Positions 36,399-46,367 are shown, counted from the stretch's first letter. The stretch is DNA of 64,000 nt from Promethearchaeota archaeon (GCA_048941285.1 JBHLNS010000010.1:20177-84176); one strand, 5' to 3'. The notes: generated by a model not told the origin, from the sequence alone. Program-made: numbers and translations.

Positions 36399-36845
36399 TT
36401 ATAAACTAATCCTGGGGTCCTCTTTTATCGTCTTAAAGGCAATGAGAGATTGCATATCTTTAATACCAGGTAACTTACTGATTTCTTTGGTTAGATCATG
36501 TAAAGATAGGTTATCTTTTACTTTTACTTTTAATAATATATCCCAATCACCAGTTATTTCATGAACCTCCATAACATTGTTATTCTTCGCTATTTCCTCT
36601 GCAAAATCACAACAATCCGTTTTAATATCAAGATTTATTTTAATCCAAGCTGTTGTAGGTTTACCTACCGCCATAGGAGATACTAAGGGAACTATTCCTG
36701 TTATAACTCCAGAATCTTTCATCTGCTTAATTCTTGAGAAGACTGTTGAAGCGGGTTCTCCAATTTTTTTTGCTAATGTTCTATAGGCTATACTAGCATC
36801 TTTTTGATACTCTTCTAAGATAACTTTATTAAGTGGATCTATCAT
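36399..36845 (-). CDS. Lrp/AsnC family transcriptional regulator
   Basis: 148 aa; an N-terminal HTH (DASIAYRTLAKKIGEPASTVFSRIKQMKDSGVI) plus a C-terminal RAM/AsnC_trans_reg region. Confidence 0.85.
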   Translation of the reverse strand: MIDPLNKVILEEYQKDASIAYRTLAKKIGEPASTVFSRIKQMKDSGVITGIVPLVSPMAVGKPTTAWIKINLDIKTDCCDFAEEIAKNNNVMEVHEITGDWDILLKVKVKDNLSLHDLTKEISKLPGIKDMQSLIAFKTIKEDPRISL

Positions 36846-37038
36846 TTTTTTTGATTATTTTTTTTATTAATTACTAGATATCGTACAGTGTATTTAAATT
36901 TTTCTAGGCAACATGCAAAAGATTTAAATGTTTATGAACAATATATAAAATTATTCCAAAAAAAATCAAAAAATTTCTCTCAAATTAAAATAAATGTTAG
37001 AAAATTATTTTACATCAACATATAAGAGTATTTTTAAA

Positions 37039-37506
37039 ATGAGTGATGTTAAAAAAGAACTTTTGGCGCCTTGTGGTTTATATTGTGGAGTATGTAGAAT
37101 TTATAAAGCATATAAAAATAATGATTTAGACTTCAAAAAAAATATCTTACCAACACTTAATGAATATGGTGCAAAAACTATAGACGATGTTGCTTGTACA
37201 GGGTGTTTATCCGATGGGATTGTATTTCATTTCTGTAAAAACTGTCCTATTAAAGAGTGCATAAAGAATAAAAAAATAGAAGGATGTCATCTATGTGATG
37301 ATTTTCCGTGTACAATTGTAACAGATTGGCCGGATTCTTTAGATAAGAAAATTATGCTTCGTTCTATTCCTGTTCGGCGTGAAATTGGAAGTGAAAAATG
37401 GGTTGAAGAAGAAGAAAAAAGATATAAATGTCCCAAATGCGGAAACTCATTGTTTTATGGGGCAAAAAAGTGTTACAGATGTAATATTAAGGTAGATTTA
37501 GATTGA
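37039..37506 (+). CDS. DUF3795-type Cys-rich protein
   Basis: APCGLYCGVCRIYKAY, CTGC, FCKNCPIKEC, CHLCDDFPC, C-terminal CPKCG..CYRC; start placed at ATG 37039 (track ORF opens at 36994). Confidence 0.6.
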   Translation: MSDVKKELLAPCGLYCGVCRIYKAYKNNDLDFKKNILPTLNEYGAKTIDDVACTGCLSDGIVFHFCKNCPIKECIKNKKIEGCHLCDDFPCTIVTDWPDSLDKKIMLRSIPVRREIGSEKWVEEEEKRYKCPKCGNSLFYGAKKCYRCNIKVDLD

Positions 37507-37518
37507 AAATACGTGATT

Positions 37519-38043
37519 CTATTCCCTACTTAAATCATATGTGGATTTTATCTTGTATCCATCAGGTATCCTATCTTCCTTATATGGAATTTCTTGTAAT
37601 TCAAACCTAAAACCTACAATATCTTCACCTTCTAACATATAAACAGGGGGAATATTTGGGCGTAAATCTTCGGGATCTAAAAATTGAGTCCTATCCACTC
37701 GTAATTTAAATAAGGTTTTGAGTCCTTCTTGCTTAAAGGTCTTTGCTGCTTCTTTTACATTTTTAACATGAAAATTAAGATTGTGAACTCCTGGACCTTT
37801 CTTTTTCAAATGATCTGCCCATAGATTTCCTTCGGTTAAAGGTTCAACAAATTGTAGAATAACATTTCCAAGTTGTACATGCACAATCTTCACTGCAGGG
37901 CTACGAGATAGATAATTTGCTAAATCTTCTTCAACTTTTTTTGCTCCAAATACTCTATGTAAAAATTTATAAGCTTTTTCAGCATCTGAAACTACAATTT
38001 CTATATGTACCAATGGTGAAATTTCTATAACCATACTCGTCAC
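37519..38043 (-). CDS. VOC (glyoxalase/bleomycin-resistance/epimerase) family protein
   Basis: VHIEIVVSDAEKAYKFLHRVFG and GPGVHNLNFHVKNVKEAAKTF, paired beta-alpha-beta-beta-beta modules. Confidence 0.7.
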   Translation of the reverse strand: MTSMVIEISPLVHIEIVVSDAEKAYKFLHRVFGAKKVEEDLANYLSRSPAVKIVHVQLGNVILQFVEPLTEGNLWADHLKKKGPGVHNLNFHVKNVKEAAKTFKQEGLKTLFKLRVDRTQFLDPEDLRPNIPPVYMLEGEDIVGFRFELQEIPYKEDRIPDGYKIKSTYDLSRE

Positions 38044-38436
38044 TTAAATTATTTCTTTTATTATAATCGTTTCTAAGCATCCATTTTTATAAGAATCTTT
38101 TTCAATTTTATTCTATAAAATATTACCTAAAATTAAAATTTATGGAGCAAAGGCTATATATGAGTTTGTTTGTATACGATATTTATCAGACGGCGTTTAA
38201 ATTTACTTCTTTCGAATATATCAAATAAAAACTTGTATAAATATTAAATAAGCTTTAGAATATTATCACGTTGATGATTTTCATTGTCTTTTCATAAACA
38301 TATTTAATTAACAAGCATAATATTTGATTCTAGGTTATAATTGTAGATGGACAATATTGCTAACTTTAAATATTAGAGAATTTTATACTACTATACTACT
38401 AATCCCAAAAAAAATAAATAAGGAGTATGTTATAAA

Positions 38437-38763
38437 ATGGTTTTACTTGTAGCGACAGTTATGTTTCCGCATGCCAAATCAAGCAAAGTAGCAAAAAAAA
38501 ATATTGAAATGCTTAAAAAGTACCCTGCTGATCCTTCTATTGGAGAAGGAATCGCACTAGGCGTCAAATCAACAACAGAAGGAATGCAAGTACTGTTCGT
38601 AGCAGATGTTAAAAAAGGGAAAGTTGAGGAGTACATGTCAAGAATGGCAAAGCAATATCAAGAATATGCCTTGGAGATAGATGGTTTTAAATATCAAATA
38701 GAAACTTATTTTGATGTTGCAGAAGCTTATAAAATTTTAGGTATGGAACCTCCTCCAGATTAA
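38437..38763 (+). CDS. hypothetical small soluble protein
   Basis: 108 aa; AAGGAG upstream of the ATG; preferred over the antisense 68-aa ORF. Confidence 0.5.
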   Translation: MVLLVATVMFPHAKSSKVAKKNIEMLKKYPADPSIGEGIALGVKSTTEGMQVLFVADVKKGKVEEYMSRMAKQYQEYALEIDGFKYQIETYFDVAEAYKILGMEPPPD

Positions 38764-38778
38764 AAAAAGAAACCTAAA

Positions 38779-38790
38779 TTTTTTTTTTTT
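38779..38790 (+). terminator. oligo-T tract (T12) between convergent genes
   Basis: T12 lies 16 nt after the stop at 38763. Confidence 0.4.
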
Positions 38791-38802
38791 AGTTTTTAAA
38801 AG

Positions 38803-39186
38803 TTATACCGTAGAGAAATTGTAGATTTTCTTAATTTTTTGGCATAATTTTTTAATATTAGTAGATTTTTGATAAAAATCGATGATTCCATTTGATAATG
38901 CCTCTTCTCGTATGGAAGGATCACCACTTACCATCAAAATTTTAAAAGATTTATCTATGTTTAAAAGTTGTTTTGAAGCCTCAATGCCATTAATATAGGG
39001 TAAATGATAATCCATAAGTATTACATCAGGTTTAGGAATAGAATTTGACAATTTTTCGACAGCCTCTATCCCATTATTCGCTTTCCCTACTACTTTTAGT
39101 CCATTTAATTTAAAGATTAATGAATATAATCGTGATATACTCTTATCATCATCTACTATAAAAATCTTAATCTGTTGCCTTTCCAT
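38803..39186 (-). CDS. stand-alone response-regulator receiver (CheY-like) protein
   Basis: IFIVDDD, phospho-acceptor context VILMDYHLP, LMVSGDP, no output domain. Confidence 0.85.
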   Translation of the reverse strand: MERQQIKIFIVDDDKSISRLYSLIFKLNGLKVVGKANNGIEAVEKLSNSIPKPDVILMDYHLPYINGIEASKQLLNIDKSFKILMVSGDPSIREEALSNGIIDFYQKSTNIKKLCQKIKKIYNFSTV

Positions 39187-39310
39187 AGTTAATTAATTAC
39201 ACTTTTTCTTGGTTAAATACTCAAAATATAACTCTGGCATTGTAAGTGCTCCGAATCTCACAATATTTTGAGAATAATTGTAATTTTTAATTACATTTTG
39301 TGTATTGTTT

Positions 39311-39325
39311 TTAGACATAGTGTCT
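39311..39325. promoter_or_regulatory. perfect 6-3-6 palindrome TAGACAtagTGTCTA, candidate TetR operator
   Basis: Read directly in the divergent intergenic region; a further TAGACAC half-site lies at 39380..39386, about 36 nt upstream of the TetR start. Confidence 0.3.
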
Positions 39326-39421
39326 ATTTTTATTAAAATAAATAAAAATATTTAAATTTTTGGACGCGATATATAATAATTAGACACATCGTATAATGAT
39401 TTTTAAAAATTTAAAAATACC

Positions 39422-40156
39422 ATGAATGACCAAAAAACCACAAATTCTGAGGATTTAACTAGAAAAGAGCGTAAAGTATTAAGAACTAAAACTATCATTT
39501 TGGAGGCGGCAAGAGAATTATTTTCTGAAAAAGGTTTTGATTTCATTACAATGGAAGAAATCGCCGATTTAGCTGCTTTAAGTAGGGCAACTTTATATAA
39601 TTATTTTAATACAAAAGAAGAGATTTACTTTAACATTGGTTTGTCAAAGATAGAAGATTGGATTGAACAATATAATGCATTAAACTCTACTAATTATTCA
39701 GGTAAAAAACTAGTGATATTCTTGGCTGAAAATTTAGTAAAAGATATTTTAGAATTCCCTTTTTATTCTAAATTGTTAAGGAGATTTTTTTATAGAAGCA
39801 TAGAATTGAATCTTCCTATTCAAGATATATTTTATAGTAGCATGATTGAAAAAAAAGAAATTCAGGAGAATTCAAAATTTGATGCTCAAAATAAAATATT
39901 TCTTGATTTATTGGATGCTTATATTAATTATAGACAGTTGTGGAAAAATTCTATTGAAATTGGAGTAAAGGACGGATCTATTTTATCAACTTCAAATCTC
40001 ATACACCTTAATTTCTTTTTAATTATGAGTATTTTTGGCCTTTTGGATCAAATAGATTTCAGGCGCTCTTTAATGAAAATGGTTAATTTATCTAATAAAG
40101 AAATAACTAATTTCATTCTACGTCTAACTTCAAAATTTCTTGAAGGCGAAATTTAA
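39422..40156 (+). CDS. TetR/AcrR family transcriptional regulator
   Basis: ILEAARELFSEKGFDFITMEEIADLAALSRATLYNYFNTKEEIYF. Confidence 0.85.
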   Translation: MNDQKTTNSEDLTRKERKVLRTKTIILEAARELFSEKGFDFITMEEIADLAALSRATLYNYFNTKEEIYFNIGLSKIEDWIEQYNALNSTNYSGKKLVIFLAENLVKDILEFPFYSKLLRRFFYRSIELNLPIQDIFYSSMIEKKEIQENSKFDAQNKIFLDLLDAYINYRQLWKNSIEIGVKDGSILSTSNLIHLNFFLIMSIFGLLDQIDFRRSLMKMVNLSNKEITNFILRLTSKFLEGEI

Positions 40157-40193
40157 TTGCCAAATTATTATAAAATTAATAATAATTATATTT

Positions 40194-41354
40194 CTACTTC
40201 TTCATTTTTGGAGCAATGACTGAATCAGATTTGACTACTTTCTGAAGCATTTTGAAAGCCTTTTTAGATGTTGAAAACGTTCTAGCATTGTACTTCTTTA
40301 TTATATCCCTGAGTTCCTCATCAAAAATTCTTACAAACACTTCAATATGAGGATATCGCAAATTTAACTTAGAAGTAAGATAAATTGATTCGTCAAATTC
40401 AGATTCTCGCTTCCAACATATAAAAACTTGAGTAACTTCCTCTAACTTCACATGAGCTCTTAAATCACTTAAAAAACAAGCGAATTCATGGCATATATGT
40501 AACTGATTATTCACGACAAATTCAATACCATCATGAACATCATCAAAAAGATAAACTTCCCTGCTTGGTTGTTGAGAAATATGATATGCAATGCGATGGG
40601 TCAAACTGTCTCGACCAATAACAATTGCCCCACCGGTCTTGTCTTTAGTCCATTGAATGATATTATCCATAGCCCATTTAGATGTTGAGAAAGAAAATGC
40701 GTTCAATGGAGGGTTTTTAAGATATTCTTGTACATGATCTTCAAAAGCTCGAACATAGATATGACAATCTGGATTCATCTTACGGATTTTTTCAGTACAA
40801 ATTATTGCAATTCTTACATCATTGATATTAATAAAAACCTCCTTTGCACGTTTTACATTTGCTAATTCAAGATTGGTTGTCTCAGTGGCGTCACCAATTA
40901 CGACTGGCTGTCCTGCATTAATTAAATCTTCTACAGCTTCTTCGCTATCTTCAATAAGAGAAAAGGGTTTTTTGTTTTCAACACAATATTCTATTATTCT
41001 CTCAGAAAGATGGTGATATCCGATAATTACCGCATGATTTCGTTTATGAGAAGCGAGAATTCTACTTGTAATAACAGGATTATATTTTTCAAATAATTCT
41101 CCCATAATAAAACCAAAAAAAATTACTTCTAGTAAAATTGGCCATACTATGGCATAAAATTGACCAAAATCTCCAGCATCAGATGGAATGTTTACAATTA
41201 TTGAAAATAAAAATATCTGAGCTAAACTATATTCAGGTTCAGTGATAAGAAAGAAGAGAAAACCAGCAAACCAAAAAAGAAAGAAAAATATAAACTGCAA
41301 TTTATATTGTTTAAGCTTAAGATGGATTATAATGAATGAATTAAGGATGTTCAT
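40194..41354 (-). CDS. 2-TM channel-like protein with cytoplasmic RCK/TrkA-N domains
   Basis: Two N-terminal TM helices flank a pore-loop-like segment, followed by AVIIGYHHLSERIIEYCVENKKPFSLIED..VVIGDATE (TrkA-N) and a second GAIVIGRDSLTHRIAYHI module. Confidence 0.6.
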   Translation of the reverse strand: MNILNSFIIIHLKLKQYKLQFIFFFLFWFAGFLFFLITEPEYSLAQIFLFSIIVNIPSDAGDFGQFYAIVWPILLEVIFFGFIMGELFEKYNPVITSRILASHKRNHAVIIGYHHLSERIIEYCVENKKPFSLIEDSEEAVEDLINAGQPVVIGDATETTNLELANVKRAKEVFININDVRIAIICTEKIRKMNPDCHIYVRAFEDHVQEYLKNPPLNAFSFSTSKWAMDNIIQWTKDKTGGAIVIGRDSLTHRIAYHISQQPSREVYLFDDVHDGIEFVVNNQLHICHEFACFLSDLRAHVKLEEVTQVFICWKRESEFDESIYLTSKLNLRYPHIEVFVRIFDEELRDIIKKYNARTFSTSKKAFKMLQKVVKSDSVIAPKMKK

Positions 41355-41507
41355 AACTTAAGATAAAACACCAGAATATAAAAAAAATATGATCTAATTG
41401 AATATCATTTCGTTTAATTTTTTGTCAGTTTTGGCAATTGGGAATAATTATACCTTATTTCTTTTTATGTCAATCGCATTTTGTTTAAACACAAACTTTT
41501 ATGAGGT

Positions 41508-43841
41508 TTGAAATTAATGAGAAAAAAACAAATTATAGGATTATTACTAATCCTGAGTATCGTAAATATTGCTGGCTTCTCAATGGCTATATTTACGATT
41601 AATAAAACTGTAAGTGATATTAATAATGATTTATTAAATTCACTTAAAATCAAGGATTACAAACCATTCGATGCTACTGCTCGTTTTGAAGATAAGACTA
41701 TTGATGATTCACAAAGTCTTAAATTTATCGCTTTAAAAGGCGAAATTCTTGATATCGAAAACACTTGGACAGTGCCGCTCATAGATGATTATACAGGAGA
41801 GGTATATGACCAGGATTTTGAATGTGTATTAGAAGGAGTACATTGCAATATTTGGATTGGATTAAGCCCTGATATTTGGGAGGGTGGATTCCAAGATGAA
41901 TACGATGCTCAAGGCGAAGGCTTTGAAGATGATATCTGGTATTTTGCATACCCTTGGAGTTCTATAGGTATTGACGCGATAGAAGCTGAAGCTCCTGATC
42001 CTGATAATGATGGCTATTATTTACCACCTGAATATCGGGATTGGGTAACTGGAGCGAATCTATTAGACATAAGAGATGAATTCGATGATAATATCCATGA
42101 TAGTGTTATTGACCATTTTGGTCAATATGCTGCCCGACCAGGCCCCTTAGAAGACTATAAAATTCAAGTATTGATATTCAATATCCGAGATGGACTATTC
42201 TATGATCCAATAAATGCACCATGGTTTACAATAGGTTATTTCTGGTCATATGCAAGTGAACTTAATGATGCAAATATATTTCACATGGATACATATCAAT
42301 GGTGGAGACGACAAGGTGAACCAACTAACATTTATTATGGTCTTGGACCGCTTCCACTTCAATATGAAGGTACTTTCGCTCATGAATTTCAACACTTGGT
42401 ACATCACGATGTTGATGGGGATGAATTATCTTGGGTTAATGAAGGATGTTCGGTATTAGCAGAGTGGATTTGTGGATATGGATTCCCAGCAGGACATATT
42501 TCTGAGTATTTGCTCTATTGGTGGGATGTTTCTTTAGTAATCTGGCAAGGTACACTGGCAGATTATGGTGTATGTTTTCTGTGGACTTTCTATATGTGGG
42601 AACACTATGGTGGAGATCCATTAATATGGGATATTGTTCATGAACAAACCAATGGAATAGAAGGTTGGAATAATGTTCTTACGGCTCATGGTGTAGAGAA
42701 ATCATTTGATGAGATTTTCCAAGATTGGGCTATAGCAAACTATCTTGATGGTGAAGGAATCTATGGTTATGAAGCTTTAGATATCCCTTCAGCAGATACT
42801 GAAGGGTGGGATATAGCTCAAACTTTATACTTATGGGAACATAATAATCCAACTCTATTTGATACAGAAGTTCAAACTTATCCTAATTATGGATACAATT
42901 ATCCATATGGATCTTCATTGCCTTATGTTGTCAATTACGTTAATTTCTATAAAGTGGGAGCCCCACATATACTCACGGTGAATTTTGATGGTGATGATTT
43001 ATGTGGTATCCCCTCCCATGAAGGAGATTATAAGTGGCATTCAGGTGGAGATGCTTGGGCTTGGTTTAGATTAGAACAAACATTTTCCATACCAGAAGGC
43101 GGAGCAACGTTAAACTTTTGGAACAATTTTGAAATTGAAGAAGAATGGGACTTTGGCTATGTAGAAGTTCATGATCTTACTACTGATGAGTGGTACACAT
43201 TACCAGGAATAATGACTGTTGATGATTGTGGTTTCAATTACCAAACAGACAACGAAAATTGCCCTGATGGTTTTGAACCAACTGATTATTATGATGCAGG
43301 GCGATGGCATGCATTCACAGGCTCTAGTGGTGGTTGGTATCAGGAAGAGATGGACCTCTCATTGTTTGCTGGGCATGAAATAGAATTGTATTTTACTTAT
43401 TGGACGGATCCATATACTCTTGAGGCGGGTTGGTATATTGATGAAATAGAGATCCCCGAAATTGGGTTCAGTGATACTGTTGAAAATGAAGAACATGGTT
43501 GGACAGTATATGATGGATGGTATCGAAGCAATATACTTTACGACAATAGTTTTACAGTAAGTTTCATCGATTTTGTCAACATCTACTCTAATAGTGGAAA
43601 CTTATTAGCGTCTTCATATGAGTTAGAATTTATGAATCTTGATCCAGAAACTGAAACTGGTCAAAAGATTTCTGCTTTAATAGATAATGGTGGACTTCAA
43701 ACATACACAATAATGGTAGCTGCTAACCAACCAGGCTTTGAACATACTTTTGGAACAGCCTATTCCTTTACCGCTGAAGCTGATAAAGTAGAAGATTATA
43801 ACTGGCTTTGGCGTTGGTTGTTTGGCCCTGTGGTTGAGTAA
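41508..43841 (+). CDS. secreted/anchored gluzincin-type zinc metallopeptidase (HEFQH...NEG)
   Basis: HEFQH at 42381..42395 with a downstream WVNEG Glu; N-terminal hydrophobic anchor; very acidic and Trp/Tyr-rich; track start TTG 41508, first ATG 41517. Confidence 0.65.
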   Translation: MKLMRKKQIIGLLLILSIVNIAGFSMAIFTINKTVSDINNDLLNSLKIKDYKPFDATARFEDKTIDDSQSLKFIALKGEILDIENTWTVPLIDDYTGEVYDQDFECVLEGVHCNIWIGLSPDIWEGGFQDEYDAQGEGFEDDIWYFAYPWSSIGIDAIEAEAPDPDNDGYYLPPEYRDWVTGANLLDIRDEFDDNIHDSVIDHFGQYAARPGPLEDYKIQVLIFNIRDGLFYDPINAPWFTIGYFWSYASELNDANIFHMDTYQWWRRQGEPTNIYYGLGPLPLQYEGTFAHEFQHLVHHDVDGDELSWVNEGCSVLAEWICGYGFPAGHISEYLLYWWDVSLVIWQGTLADYGVCFLWTFYMWEHYGGDPLIWDIVHEQTNGIEGWNNVLTAHGVEKSFDEIFQDWAIANYLDGEGIYGYEALDIPSADTEGWDIAQTLYLWEHNNPTLFDTEVQTYPNYGYNYPYGSSLPYVVNYVNFYKVGAPHILTVNFDGDDLCGIPSHEGDYKWHSGGDAWAWFRLEQTFSIPEGGATLNFWNNFEIEEEWDFGYVEVHDLTTDEWYTLPGIMTVDDCGFNYQTDNENCPDGFEPTDYYDAGRWHAFTGSSGGWYQEEMDLSLFAGHEIELYFTYWTDPYTLEAGWYIDEIEIPEIGFSDTVENEEHGWTVYDGWYRSNILYDNSFTVSFIDFVNIYSNSGNLLASSYELEFMNLDPETETGQKISALIDNGGLQTYTIMVAANQPGFEHTFGTAYSFTAEADKVEDYNWLWRWLFGPVVE

Positions 43842-43864
43842 TCTTTATTTTTAAAAATTAAATC

Positions 43865-43884
43865 TTTTTTTTTTATTTTTTTTT
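43865..43884 (+). terminator. oligo-T tract (T10-A-T9) after the metallopeptidase gene
   Basis: It starts 24 nt after the stop at 43841. Confidence 0.45.
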
Positions 43885-44104
43885 CTCAGCTTTAAACCCA
43901 TGTATCTTAATTTAGACAAAAAATTAACTAATTTATATCAATAGGGAAAGATTATACCATAGTTCTTTTTATAGTAATTGTATTTTTTTAATTACTTATT
44001 AAAATCATCTCATTTTTTTTATCTTGGGTAGTCAAAACCCAAGAATAAAAATTCCTTCAATTTTTTAATTTATAATGGAGTAGCTATAGATTTCAAGTTT
44101 GTAC

Positions 44105-44548
44105 TCAAGGTTTTTCTAACCAATTAGGAACGCTATAATCCTCAACTGTAATACATTTCCCGTGCTCCCAATCAGGAAAAGGTTTAATATCTAAAACCGG
44201 AGTCTTATCATAAGCATCAAGGCCTTTTACGCATAGAACATTATCATCACGATTTATTAGTTCTACTAGTGTCAACCCAATAGGATTTGGATGAATTGGA
44301 GCTCTTGTCGCAAATATTCCTAATGGTGCAGATTTTTGATTCTTACTTGGATGGTGTAAGTAAGTAGTATTTTTTACTCTATCCATCCAAAAGATTACAT
44401 AGATATGAGAAAAATCTGTAATACCATCCAAAGCTTTGGTGAGGTTCTTATTAATTATAATCTTTGAAATAAGACTTCTATCTTTATCATCTTCATTGAT
44501 CGATTTCCTTTCTATAAAACCTATGGACTTAATTTGGATTTTCTTCAT
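44105..44548 (-). CDS. tsaA: TsaA/TrmO-family SAM-dependent tRNA methyltransferase
   Basis: GIFATRAPIHPNPIGLTLVELI and GLDAYDKTPVLDIKPF are the family signatures. Confidence 0.8.
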   Translation of the reverse strand: MKKIQIKSIGFIERKSINEDDKDRSLISKIIINKNLTKALDGITDFSHIYVIFWMDRVKNTTYLHHPSKNQKSAPLGIFATRAPIHPNPIGLTLVELINRDDNVLCVKGLDAYDKTPVLDIKPFPDWEHGKCITVEDYSVPNWLEKP

Positions 44549-44660
44549 AAACTAAGATATGTTCCTCCAATATTTAAAAGATATGATCTGATTCTTTAAA
44601 TTATGCCTTCTAAATATAAATAATAAACATTTGAATAAAACAAAAATATAAATTTAATTA

Positions 44661-45605
44661 ATGATGTTTTTTGAAGAAAAAAGAGCTGCTGATATTTCAA
44701 AAGCCGAAGTAGTTGAATCTTTATATGGTTTTTTCCCTGATATAAGAGAAAGTGATATTAGATTTTTTTATCATGGAACTTATAATGTTTATGAGGTGAA
44801 GCATCATTATATCTTTCGTATTCCTGATAAAACTTTCAGAAACATTAAAGGGATTAGACTTATTCAAAATGAGCTTAAAATGTTATACCATATCCAAAAA
44901 TATGTATCTGTACCCATCCCCGAACCAATATATATCTCCCTAGACTCAGATTGCCCACTTATGGGATATGAGAAAATTGAAGGAATTCCTTTGTCAAGAT
45001 GTTTTTGTAAAGCATCTCAAAATGAAAAATTAAGAACAGCAAGAGAAATAGGTGAATTCCTCTCTGATCTCCACTCAGATGATCTATATCAATCAGCTTT
45101 AAGAAATCAAATAGTTGATGATATTTTTTCATGTGAGAAATATAAGGCTGAATGGGAAAACTATTTCGAGAGAGCTAAAAACAAGATTTTTCGATTGTTA
45201 AATCCAAACCAAAAAAATTGGATAAAAAATCTTTTTAATACTTTTTTAAATAAGGAAGCCAATTTTGATTTCAGATATTCAATAATTCATGGTGATTTTG
45301 ATATAACAAATATTCTTGTTGATCCTCATACTTTTAAAATTACTGGAATAGTTGACTTTGAAGAATCACGAATTTATGATCCTGCTTATGATTTTCTATT
45401 TTATGATGAAGGAGATAACTTTCTAAAAGAGATCTTTTTATCTTATAGGAGAAAAATTGATTCTGAATTCCAAGAACGTATGAGATTCTTATATGGATGG
45501 TCTTGCTTAGCTTACCTTGAATTTGGTATTGATAATGCCCTCCCTGATCTGATAGAAGCAGGATTTCAATTACTCAAACATAAAATGAATAGATTTCCTT
45601 TTTAG
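44661..45605 (+). CDS. aminoglycoside/choline-kinase-type phosphotransferase (APH family)
   Basis: Brenner motif IIHGDFDITNILVD and GIVDFEESRIYDPAYDF. Confidence 0.75.
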   Translation: MMFFEEKRAADISKAEVVESLYGFFPDIRESDIRFFYHGTYNVYEVKHHYIFRIPDKTFRNIKGIRLIQNELKMLYHIQKYVSVPIPEPIYISLDSDCPLMGYEKIEGIPLSRCFCKASQNEKLRTAREIGEFLSDLHSDDLYQSALRNQIVDDIFSCEKYKAEWENYFERAKNKIFRLLNPNQKNWIKNLFNTFLNKEANFDFRYSIIHGDFDITNILVDPHTFKITGIVDFEESRIYDPAYDFLFYDEGDNFLKEIFLSYRRKIDSEFQERMRFLYGWSCLAYLEFGIDNALPDLIEAGFQLLKHKMNRFPF

Positions 45606-45625
45606 AATTTAAAGAGAGTATGATA

Positions 45626-46252
45626 TCATTTCTTTTGGACGATATAATCAAAATATGCATCTTTCATGATGCGATCTTCAAGCTTTTTATGTAATATTCT
45701 CTTTTCTTTAAATAAAATTTCAATCTCTAGGTTGTTAAAAAATCCATCAGATTCTTCATCTGTAAAAAAAGTATGCAAAATTTTTTCCTCACGTTCAATT
45801 TGGATGAATTCACCAACATTTTGTTTTTCACCTTGGCTATAAAATTCTGAATCAACTGAGAGGAAATTAACAAAACAGAGACCTCGTGGTTTTAAAATTC
45901 GAATCATTTCACCTATAGCTTTTTTAATATCTATTTTATTCATATGAAATATCGTATTCCATGAATAAACATATCCAAAATGATTAGATTCAAACTCAAT
46001 TGAACGCATATCACCCAATTGCATCGGTAATTTTAAATTATGCTGTTTTGCATACTCCTGTGCCATTTCCAGTCTTTTTTCAGAAAATTCAATTCCAATT
46101 GTATCAAACCCTAGTTTTACAAAAAGCTCTTGTTTGGGAAAAGGTCCACCCGAGCCACAATCGAGAATTGGCCCACTAACATCAGATTTAGCTATATATG
46201 AAAGAAAATTATAAAAGGGAGCAGGATATAAGATATCTTTTGTTATATTCAT
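45626..46252 (-). CDS. class I SAM-dependent methyltransferase
   Basis: ILDCGSGGP motif I, and a GLCFVNF post-motif region. Confidence 0.75.
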   Translation of the reverse strand: MNITKDILYPAPFYNFLSYIAKSDVSGPILDCGSGGPFPKQELFVKLGFDTIGIEFSEKRLEMAQEYAKQHNLKLPMQLGDMRSIEFESNHFGYVYSWNTIFHMNKIDIKKAIGEMIRILKPRGLCFVNFLSVDSEFYSQGEKQNVGEFIQIEREEKILHTFFTDEESDGFFNNLEIEILFKEKRILHKKLEDRIMKDAYFDYIVQKK

Positions 46253-46367
46253 ATATTTATTAAAAACTTATTATTAAAAAACGAATCTAATTTTGCTTTT
46301 TTATTTAAAATACTGTATGTTAAATAAAGGGTAATTTTAAATACAAATAAGTAGTTAATTAATGTGA

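Noticed and set aside
44023-44043. Perfect hairpin CTTGGGT-agtcaaa-ACCCAAG downstream of the tsaA-like gene, considered as an intrinsic terminator or small RNA element
   Set aside because: It is not followed by a T-run in either orientation relevant to the flanking genes, and archaeal termination relies on oligo-T rather than hairpins. A 7-bp stem alone is weak evidence.
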